From Octopus sinensis (Eukaryota), in the NCBI RefSeq assembly GCF_006345805.1, contig NW_021826491.1:1-12826 (forward strand): a stretch of 12,826 nt of DNA, given 5' to 3'. Below the pieces are notes generated by a model, which was not told the DNA's origin, did no database searches, and saw only the letters and a program-made list of their open reading frames with translations. Of this stretch, positions 1 through 8,368 are shown in pieces. Made by a program: the position numbers and the translations under genes. The stretch's first letter is position 1; each line of letters begins with the position of its first letter.

Positions 1-149
1 AATACCACTCGATTCCAGTACAAACAAGCCGGTTTTGACTCCGTTTATGTGTGTACACTCTAACGACGATTTGAAGATTTGAAATAGGCAGTTATATTTG
101 ACTCGAGTTGAAAATTGTGGAACTGTACACCGCTTCTTAGCGTAACACG

Positions 150-185
<36 letters not shown>
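150..185. repeat. (TA)n microsatellite
   Basis: Alternating TA with one AA interruption. Confidence 0.95.
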
Positions 186-303
186 CTAGCTGGCCCCGTA
201 CAAAATGACAGCGAATTGAAGTATTTTATATATAAATAAGGTACAAAATAAGATACATAATGATCACACATACAAACATTCACATACTTTTCTTGTAAAT
301 GCA

Positions 304-355
304 CATACATACATACATACATACATACATACATACATACATACATACATACATA
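304..355. repeat. (CATA)13 perfect tetranucleotide microsatellite
   Basis: 52 nt of uninterrupted CATA. Confidence 0.95.
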
Positions 356-756
356 CTCACACAGAGTTGAAACGCTGTTTGATTTTTCTTTTCAGTGTTG
401 AATGTTCACCATCACACTTTCAGTTTGATATATATGTTGTGACGGAGAAAGACACGAGAATATTATTATAGTAGATATCGTAAGTGTAGCCAACCATGAA
501 GAACAAATCAACAGTACAAAGAAATCAAATACCAGACCCTTGAAACGACAATCACTTTAACAGTAGCAAAACCACCATTTCAGTACACCCACATATCCAA
601 AGCAGTTTGCCAATGGATCTTCATCCACAACGCATCCCTTGAAATACTCAGAGGCAACGATTAACTCCTGACCTCAACAGACAGATGGGATGTCCTTGGC
701 GTGAGTTAATAAGTTATAAGGTTACAAGTACGTCTTTGGTTATGTTTGATCATTGA

Positions 757-790
757 CATACATACTTACATACAAACATACATACAAACA

Positions 791-824
<34 letters not shown>

Positions 825-2463
825 CATACATACATTCATACATACATACATACATACATACATACATACACACATACAAACATACATACATACATACATA
901 CATGCATACATACATACATACATACATACATACATACATACATTCATATACATACATACATACATACATTCATACATACATACATACATACATACATACA
1001 TACACACATACATACATACATACATACATACATGCATACATACATACATACATACATTCATACATACATACATACATACATACATACATACACACATACA
1101 AACATACATACATACATACAAACATACATACATACATACATACATGCATACATACATACATACATACATACATACATACATACAAACATACATACATACA
1201 TACACACATACATACATACATACATACATACATACATACATACATGCATACATACATACATACATACATTCATACATACATACATACATACATACATTCA
1301 TACATACATACATACATACATACATACATACACACACACATACATACTACATCATACTACATACATGCATACATACATACATACCTACATACATACATAC
1401 ATACATAAAAAACATACATACATACATACATACATACATACATACATACAAACATACATACATACATACATACATACATACAAACACATACATACATACA
1501 TACATACATACACACATACATACATACATACATACAAACATACATACATACATACATACATACATACATACATACACACATGCATACATACATACATACA
1601 TACATACATACATACATACATACATACATTCATACATACATACATACATACATACATACATACATACATACATACACACATACATACATACATACATACA
1701 CACATACAAACATACATACATACATACATACATACATACATACACACATACAAACATACATACATACATACATACATACATACATACATACATACATACA
1801 CCATACAAACATACATACATACATACATACATACATACATACAACATACATACATACACACATACAACATACATACATACATACATACATACATTCATAC
1901 ATACAACATACATACATACATACTACATACATACACACATACAAACATACATACATACATACATACATACATACATACATGCATACATACATACATACAT
2001 ACATGCATACATACATACATACATACATACATACATACATGCATACATACATACATGCATACATACATACATACATACATACATGCATACATACATACAT
2101 ACATACAAACATACATACATACATACATACATACATACAAACATACATACATACAAACATACATACATACATACATACATACAAACATACATACATACAT
2201 ACATACATAAATACAAACATACATACATACAAACATACATACATACATACATACATGCATACATACATACATACATACATACATGCATACATACATACAT
2301 GCATACATACATACATACATACATACATACATACATACATGCATACATACATACATACATACATGCATACATACATACATGCATACATACAAACATACAT
2401 ACATACATACATACATACATACATACACACACATACATACATACAAACATACAAACATACATA
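757..2463. repeat. ~1.7-kb (CATA)n array with CAAA/CACA/CATG/CATT variant units
   Basis: Direct reading. It explains all HTYI/MYVC-type ORFs at 746-2565. Confidence 0.98.
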
Positions 2464-2464
2464 C

Positions 2465-2742
2465 CTGGCGGTTACTCAGATCTGCGACAACGAAATACCT
2501 CCATTTCTTTTCGTTCTTTCCTCGCGACGGTAAGGAAAGTGCTGTATAAGCGAAAGCATTTGTGATTTTCCAGTTGCTCCTGCCGCTGCTTCCTTCGTTG
2601 AAGTGCCTCTATTAACTAACAGGCTGACAGGCGGAGTCTTGGTCTTGCCATTGTCATACCGTCGTATGTCTTCGTCACAACGGAAACTTCTGGAAGAGAG
2701 GCACCGTATTTGTTATTTTGGAACATATTTAAAAGTGAGCAA
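2465..2742. other. Unique, GC-richer island between microsatellites; candidate (cryptic) exon, strand unresolved
   Basis: + strand: TTTTCCAG|2574..2742|GTAAGT with an open frame (APAAASFVEVPLLTNRLTGG...YFGTYLKVS). - strand: CTCTCTTCCAG|2689..2465|GTATGT, 225 nt, open (SFRCDEDIRRYDNGKTK...SLSQI) until TGA at 2478-2476. Neither peptide recognised. Confidence 0.25.
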
Positions 2743-2759
2743 GTAAGTCACCAACATAG

Positions 2760-3017
2760 GTGTACGTGTGCGTGTGCGTGTGTGTGGTGTGTGTGTGTGT
2801 TTATGTGTGTGTTTGTGTGTGTATGTGTGTGATGTGTGTGTATATTTGTGTGTGTATGTGTGTTTGTGTGTGTGTGTGTGTGCGTGCGTGTGTGTGTGGT
2901 GTGTGTGTGTGTGTGTGTGGTGTTTGTGTATATTTGTGTGTGTGTTTGTGTGTGTATGTGTGTTTGTGTGTGTGCGTGTGGTGTGGTGGTGTGGTGGTGG
3001 TGTGTGTATGTGTGTGT
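2760..3017. repeat. Degenerate (TG)n microsatellite
   Basis: TG repeat with TGG/TATG/TTTG/TGCG interruptions. Confidence 0.95.
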
Positions 3018-3039
3018 TCTTTGTTACTGAAATATCACG

Positions 3040-3558
3040 AAATCGGGGTGAAATCCCTTTGGTTTTCTCAACAAGACATTTCTTCAGATTTTTTTGAATA
3101 TTTTGTTTTACCCAAGAATATCTATGAATGTTGGTCGATGACCAACATTGAGTACAGTCGTGAATACAAGCGACCGAAATGGGGGTTCCTTCGAAGGATT
3201 ACTAGAGTAACGTTGCTTGACAGGGTACGCAGCTTGGCCATTAGGGAGTCTCTCCAGGTCCGAACCGTCGCTACACTTCCTCATTGAAAGGTCACAGCTC
3301 TGCTACTATGGACATGTGATTAGAATGTTGCAGGTAAGAATCGCAAGACGGATTCTTGAAGCCGAGTGAACTGGGAGGAAACGTCGGGATGGGCCAAGAA
3401 TGAGATGGCGGGACAATATCTTTAATCTCAGCTGGTCACGCTTGGGGACCCAGCCGGAAAATCTAATGACGGTTGTTTCTGATAGGACCTTATGTAAGGG
3501 ATACCTGCACACTATACCCTCCCAGGAATAGTGGAGGAGACGTATAGAAGGATGGATG
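3040..3558 (+). mobile_element. RTE-clade LINE 3' fragment (Expander/Rex3-like), degenerate
   Basis: Translation ECWSMT...GFLRRITRVTLLDRVRSLAIRESLQV, frameshift at ~3261, then EP...LIERSQLCYYGHVIRM...RILEAE*TGRKRRDGPRMRWRDNIFNLSWSRLG...DR. These are RTE C-terminal motifs. Internal TGA 3367-3369, end TAG 3529-3531, GGATGGATG tail 3550-3558. The 5' boundary is approximate. Confidence 0.88.
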
Positions 3559-3601
3559 TGTGTGCGTATGTGTGTGTATGCGTGTGTGTGATAAGAAAAT
3601 A

Positions 3602-3648
3602 TTTTACATAAATATGCATGCACCCACGCCATATTTGTGCACAATTAA
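3602..3648 (+). repeat. Left copy of ~47-bp direct repeat flanking the Helitron (partner 4046-4093)
   Basis: TTTTACATAAATATGCATGCACCCACGCCATATTTGTGCACAATTAA; differs from the partner by 2 substitutions and 1 indel. Confidence 0.92.
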
Positions 3649-4045
3649 TCTTTATATATAAAAGTGAGGTTGTGTGCTGTCTGTCTCCTACGATTTAGAT
3701 TCCTAACTACTCCCACATTTTGCGGTGCAGTTTAACCAAAACCGGGTATCTTATAGTCGTCATTCATATCGAGCCCTTCTGGGTATTAGGGCGCGTCTAC
3801 GATGAGTCTACGATTAAAAAAAAAATTACCATCATTTTTCCCATTTTAATGCATTTTTTCACTATTATATAAGGGAAGTAACTCTCTAAAAATGTATTAT
3901 TAAATCTCAGAACGTAAAAAGCTACAGTAACACTTCCCCCTTTGTGGTTAGCCATATTGAGATGGCTATTATACTTTGCATCTCTAAAAATGCTTATATA
4001 GTTATTTCCCTTACAAACCCGAGCAACGCCGGGCGATACTGCTAG
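3649..4045 (+). mobile_element. Non-autonomous Helitron-like rolling-circle element (397 bp)
   Basis: Starts TC (3649) after A and ends CTAG (4042-4045) before T. GC-rich hairpin CCCG(A)GC-AAC-GCCGGG at 4018-4033 lies 8 nt before CTAG. No coding capacity. Confidence 0.82.
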
Positions 4046-4093
4046 TTTTACATTAATATGCATGCACCCACGCCACATTTGTGCACAATTTAA
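4046..4093 (+). repeat. Right copy of ~47-bp direct repeat flanking the Helitron
   Basis: TTTTACATTAATATGCATGCACCCACGCCACATTTGTGCACAATTTAA begins at the first base after CTAG. Confidence 0.92.
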
Positions 4094-4172
4094 TCCCTAA
4101 TAATAGTAAACGTATATGCTCAGATGAAGTCACTTAATGAAAAGTCCTTTATATATTATCAGCGAAAAGCAA

Positions 4173-4270
4173 GGAGCTGGCGGAATCATTAGTGTCAGAA
4201 AAAATGCTCTTCGTTATTGTTCCCGTTCTTTACAGTTTGAAATCAAATCCCACAAAATGCAACTTTGACT
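4173..4270 (+). mobile_element. Highly decayed 5' fragment related to the SINE family at 11172/12373
   Basis: GGAGCTGGCGGAATCATTAG...AAATGCT...AATCAAATCCC parallels GAGCTGGCAGAATCGTTAG...AAATGCT...GTTCAAATTCC. Confidence 0.5.
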
Positions 4271-4274
4271 ACCT

Positions 4275-4502
4275 ATATATATGACTATAAGTTTAAATAC
4301 ATATGCACACACATACATAATGCACACACACATATACACACACACGCACACACACGCACATATATATATATATACACATACACACATATATTTATATATA
4401 TTTACACACACACACACACACACACACAACGTATATATATAATGAAACATAAGCTGTTCCCTAAGTGTATACAGACACACACACACACACACACACGCAC
4501 AA
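4275..4502. repeat. Compound (TA)n/(CA)n microsatellite cluster
   Basis: Direct reading. Confidence 0.9.
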
Positions 4503-5249
4503 ACAAACACAATGAGGAACAGATTTTCTTTTTCATTAGGTACACGATTATGTGATCATGTGATCATGTTCAAGTTTTATCGTTTCCACTTTAGGCTTTA
4601 CGTATTTAATAAGTTTTTACAGTTGGTTTAAAATAATAGAGTTCCTAAATTCATATTCAACGTTTCCAGACATTCACAGTCTCGTTTTCAAGAAATGAAT
4701 ATATATGCATTTCGTTGTTTCTTACATACTCGATGAATTTGTATAGATTGTAATGCCAAATGTTTTGTTTTTTTTACTGTTAGCTTAATACATCAGAGGT
4801 CACGTGACTATTTGTTTGTTGTGGTCAAACTTTAACGGTTTTTCTTTATGTGTGTATCAGTAGACAAATGTTAATGATCAGATGTATGTATTTTCTGTCA
4901 GTTTTGGTATATTTTTCTTTCAACACTGTCCAGCTATGGAATATGCAGTTTCGGCGTCAAGGAGAGTGCTGTTTACCTTTTGTCCACGCCACGAACGCAA
5001 GAAATTTCATAAGGTGTCTTTTGCATAGGAGACAAAGACAAACCGAAGAAATATTGTTAATTACCTCGAAGTAGTTCAGAGACGACATAAATAGATGAGG
5101 AGAAATAATTGTTAAAATGGTTAAATATAATGAATAATTAAGGGGATAACAAGAACAGGAAACACTATAGTAGAGCCCCACTAGAGAAAAGAAAAGAAGA
5201 AAAAAACCCAACACAATAAGTCTTTTATGACTGGAATAAAACAAATCAA

Positions 5250-5253
<4 letters not shown>

Positions 5254-5292
<39 letters not shown>

Positions 5293-5304
5293 ATATATAT
5301 ATAC
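5254..5304. repeat. (TA)n microsatellite
   Basis: Direct reading. Confidence 0.95.
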
Positions 5305-5342
5305 ATTCGTATATGTATTCGTATGTTATATGTATATATTTC

Positions 5343-5564
5343 TATTTATGTGCTATCTGTGTATATTCCACTGATGAAGTAAAGCATTTCTTATGCAGAT
5401 CCAGAAATCCGGGATCTGGAATTATCCAGTAATTCTTTTGCTAGTTTATTTTGTCTTTTTGTCTTCTCTCCTGGTGCTGTATTAACATTTAATGTGGTTT
5501 TAGAGTCAAATTTTGGCTGCTATTTCCAGCGTGGTGGTATCTTTTAGATACCCTGAATTATAAT
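5343..5564 (+). mobile_element. Hammerhead-bearing 222-bp repeat, copy A (Penelope-like pLTR or retrozyme-like unit)
   Basis: Direct repeat of 6863-7085 (about 16 differences by eye, ~93%) with the same start and end points. Its 3' part is also present inverted at 5674-5810. The duplication is certain; the Penelope assignment is inferred from the hammerhead. Confidence 0.7.
5365..5422 (+). ncRNA. Type I hammerhead ribozyme motif (HHR-A), intact core
   Basis: Stem I ATTCCA(5365-70)/TGGAAT(5417-22); CTGATGA 5371-77; GCAT/ATGC hairpin in stem II; GAAA 5404-07; quasi-palindromic stem III ATCC-G-GGAT; AUC triplet 5414-16. The stem II closing pair is A.A rather than G-C. Confidence 0.72.
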
Positions 5565-5593
5565 TTTTACATATATATACATATATAAATAAG

Positions 5594-5625
5594 GATAAGA
5601 TCGATACTTAAATATCGATCTTATC
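5594..5625. repeat. Perfect 13-bp inverted repeat with 6-nt loop
   Basis: GATAAGATCGATA-CTTAAA-TATCGATCTTATC. Confidence 0.93.
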
Positions 5626-5673
5626 AGGTGGCCAGCACGGGAATAAAAACCTTCAAAGGTAATAATTATTATT

Positions 5674-5810
5674 AAAATTATAATTTAGAGTATCTAAGAG
5701 ATACTACCACGCTAGAAATAGCAGGTAAAACTTGACTTTAAAACCACATTAAATGTTCATAATACAGCAGCAGGGGAGAAGACGAAGAGACAAAATGAAC
5801 TAGTAAAAAA
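5674..5810 (-). mobile_element. Inverted partial copy (C) of repeat A/B, lacking the hammerhead
   Basis: Reverse complement matches A 5435-5567 (roughly 85% by eye). It starts at the unit's 3' end, directly beside ATTATTATT. Confidence 0.85.
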
Positions 5811-6083
5811 AAAATAAACTGGTTGTATGCATACGTGCATATATATGTATATATACGTTCGTATACGTAAGTATATCGTATGTTATAAATAAATATATAT
5901 ATATATATAGGTTATAAAATGAGATAGGGGTTGAAAATTCAACCCACCATGGGATAATATATATCCAATATACTGCCAGATAGGTACCCAACAAGATTAA
6001 TACATAGATGTTAAAAATTGTCAAACAATCAGTTCATCTATTGTATTATATGGGTAAAGGTAATAATATTACCGTAAATTAAT

Positions 6084-6218
6084 ACTACAAAATTAGAGAA
6101 TGGAGAAACATACTTAAATCAATAAAACATCAACTATCCGATGATACCCAATCAATACTTTAATACACCATTACATATGAGTAAAGGCATTATACAAAAT
6201 GAGATATACAGTAATAGT
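6084..6218 (-). repeat. Left arm (D) of near-perfect inverted repeat with 6702-6833
   Basis: Reverse complement equals 6702-6833 except for three 1-nt gaps; no substitutions seen. Confidence 0.93.
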
Positions 6219-6264
6219 TATTTCGATCTTGAAAGGATGGACTTGGTGCAAACTTAACTGTATC

Positions 6265-6265
<1 letters not shown>

Positions 6266-6316
<51 letters not shown>
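6266..6316. repeat. (ATT)17 microsatellite
   Basis: Direct reading. Confidence 0.95.
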
Positions 6317-6319
<3 letters not shown>

Positions 6320-6536
6320 ATTAATAGTAATTTTTATTAACTTTCATAGCTTTAGAATTTTATGAACTGAACCATGGTTTTAATTATTATTTTTCATCTC
6401 CCTATGTAATGAGTATTATATTATATAAGTGTAGCATTATGATGTATAAGTTTTTATATTTTACATTTTTATTTTTATATTTATATGTATATGGTTATAT
6501 AATATTTTTCACAATTATAACAAATTTAATTTAATT

Positions 6537-6644
6537 CTCTGAAGAGGCCGTGGGGCATCCTTGTTAATGCCTCATTTATACCTGTCTTTATGGCTTAGAG
6601 GTTAAATGAGGTATGACTGCCCTCACTGCCGAAACAGCTGTCAG
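6537..6644 (+). ncRNA. Type I hammerhead ribozyme motif, second family (HHR-2), with extended stem II
   Basis: CTGAAGA 6539-45; stem II GGC/GCC then GTGGGGCA/TGCCCTCAC then ATGCCTCATTTA/TAAATGAGGTAT (span 6546-6630); GAAA 6631-34; palindromic ACAGCTGT stem III; GUC triplet 6640-42. Stem I is weak (CT/AG). Confidence 0.8.
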
Positions 6645-6701
6645 TTTTGATTTAATTGCATATTATTTTGAAATTTTTTACTTATATCTCTTTATCTTTT
6701 T

Positions 6702-6833
6702 ACTATTACTGTATATCTCATTTTGTATAATGCCTTTACTCATATGTATGGTGTATTAAGTATTGATTGGGTATCATCGGATAGTTGATGTTTTATGATT
6801 TAAGTATGTTTCTCCATTCTCTAATTTTGTAGT
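6702..6833 (+). repeat. Right arm (D') of inverted repeat, 60 nt downstream of the HHR-2 cleavage site
   Basis: Reverse complement of 6084-6218 except for three 1-nt gaps. Confidence 0.93.
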
Positions 6834-6862
6834 TATATTATATATATATATATATATATTTG

Positions 6863-7085
6863 TATTTATGTGCTATCTGAGTATATTCCAGTGATGAAGG
6901 CAGAGCATTTCTTATGCAGAACCAGAAATCCGGGATCTGGAATTATCCAGTAATTTTTTTGTTAGTTTACTTTCTCTCTTTGTCTTCTCTCCTGGTGCTG
7001 TATGAACATTTAATGTGGTTTTAGAGTCAAGTTTTGCCTGCTATTTCCAGCGTGGTGGTATCTCTTAGATACCCTAAATTATAAT
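6863..7085 (+). mobile_element. Hammerhead-bearing repeat, copy B
   Basis: Direct repeat of 5343-5564, bounded by (TA)n on both sides. Confidence 0.7.
6885..6943 (+). ncRNA. Type I hammerhead motif (HHR-B), core mutated (GTGATGA), probably inactive
   Basis: Same fold as HHR-A (GAAA 6925-28, AUC 6935-37), but the conserved C3 is G at 6891. Confidence 0.6.
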
Positions 7086-7330
7086 ATATATATATATATA
7101 TATAGATAGATAGATAGATAGATAGATATACACGCACACATGCACGCACGCACACACATACATACATATGTATATATTATGCATGTGTACAAGAAGTGAG
7201 TTTACAGTGACTGCGACGTTTTGGCCTGCTAGCCTTCGTCGTACATATATACATATATACATGCATACACACACATCAGTACCATGCACGAAACTCTCGG
7301 CTCTTGACTCACTTTGTAACTTCTGCCTAT

Positions 7331-7363
<33 letters not shown>

Positions 7364-7375
7364 TATATATATATA
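7086..7375. repeat. Compound (TA)n/(GATA)n/(CA)n microsatellite zone with short unique islands
   Basis: Direct reading. Confidence 0.85.
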
Positions 7376-7562
7376 GCTTAGTTTTTCTAATGCTCGTAGC
7401 TTAGTTTTCCTGGGGGCTGGCCGGATCGGAGCGATCTCAAGATTAATCAGCCGAAATTGCTACGATGATCCGGTTCTTGACTGAAGATTGAGGGCTTCGA
7501 ATGTCCCGTCCGTGTTTTTATGTATCGTCTTCTAAGTGTTTTGCGTTCTTGTCCCAGTTTGT

Positions 7563-7598
7563 ATTTTTCTACATATAATATATATATATATATATTAT

Positions 7599-7630
<32 letters not shown>
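7563..7630. repeat. Interrupted (TA)n microsatellite
   Basis: Direct reading. Confidence 0.9.
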
Positions 7631-7802
7631 TTGTAAAAAATGAAGTTCGAAAATGCTGCTGTATTATACAATTATATATACATTATACATGTTTCAGTTC
7701 CTGAAATGAACCTTATCAAAAAAGTTATATATAAAAAAAGACAGCTCATGCCGTCAAACACAAGAAATTCATTATAATACACAACGGAGTCAGACATCTT
7801 AG

Positions 7803-7850
7803 AGTTCATGTATAGTTGATATATAGTTCATGTATAGTTGATATATAGTT
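7803..7850. repeat. 22-bp perfect tandem duplication (2.2 copies)
   Basis: AGTTCATGTATAGTTGATATAT at 7803 and 7825, plus AGTT. Confidence 0.92.
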
Positions 7851-8097
7851 TGAAGTATATGTTCAAAGTGTTCGATGCAGTGGCCCACGGTGGCGATACG
7901 TATTCAATACAAAAAACAGATCAAAGTGGTGGAAAGCGGTCAATACAGAAGATTGATGTTTCCGAAAGAGCGAGGAATTCATTTTTACCTTAAGCAATTG
8001 TGATTGACCATGGTGGAAGTTCGCTGGGTGGTTCTAGTGAGTTTTTGTGAAGTGCTCGGTTTTATAATGCCTGTTAGGTGGTCAATCCAGCGTAGCG

Positions 8098-8368
8098 TGA
8101 CGTCATCAACGTTTTGACCAATCGTTTCGTTAGGTGGCTTTAGTCAAGTAGAACGGGACGTCATCATTATTTTGACCAATCGCTGCATTATAACTGCCTC
8201 TTGTTTGTTTCCTGTTCTGACCAGTCGCTTCGTTAGTCAAGTAGAACGGGACGTCATCATTATTTTGACCAATCGCTGCATTATAACTGCCTCTTGTTTG
8301 TTTCCTGTTTTGACCAGTCCCTTCGTTAGTCAAGCAGAACGGGACGTCATCCAGATTCTGCCCAATCA
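8098..8368 (+). promoter_or_regulatory. Cluster of four GACGTCA + CCAAT modules (candidate enhancer/promoter array)
   Basis: GACGTCA at 8099 (full TGACGTCA 8098-8105), 8157, 8250, 8343; CCAAT at 8118, 8176, 8269, 8362; the offset is 19 nt each time. Function is inferred only. Confidence 0.35.
8140..8368. repeat. 93-bp tandem repeat (2 near-identical copies plus a partial third)
   Basis: TTAGTCAAG starts at 8140, 8233 and 8326. The 31-aa repeats in the ORF track agree with this period. Confidence 0.95.

Noticed and set aside
181-215. TACTAGC...CCCG after (TA)n, resembling a minus-strand Helitron 3' end
   Set aside because: No convincing subterminal hairpin and no matching 5' end.
396-479. 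TTTTCAG ... GTAAGT pair suggesting a + strand exon
   Set aside because: Stops in all three frames and no other support.
746-2565. Many long ORFs (up to 485 aa, HTYI/MYVC repeats)
   Set aside because: CATA/TATG repeats lack stop codons in all frames; these are microsatellite artefacts. The same applies to the CV/TH-rich ORFs at 2760-3097, 4214-4555, 7074-7362, 10699-10881 and 11697-12032.
4799-4808. Perfect palindrome GTCACGTGAC (CLEAR/E-box consensus)
   Set aside because: A single 10-mer with no promoter context; it cannot be distinguished from chance.
4850-5244. Short ORFs on both strands
   Set aside because: Low-complexity, AT-driven translations with no recognisable motif or consistent splice signals.
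7484-7512. GAAGATTGAGGGCTTCGAATGTCCC resembling a tRNA variable loop/T-arm
   Set aside because: No D-arm, anticodon arm or acceptor stem can be folded.
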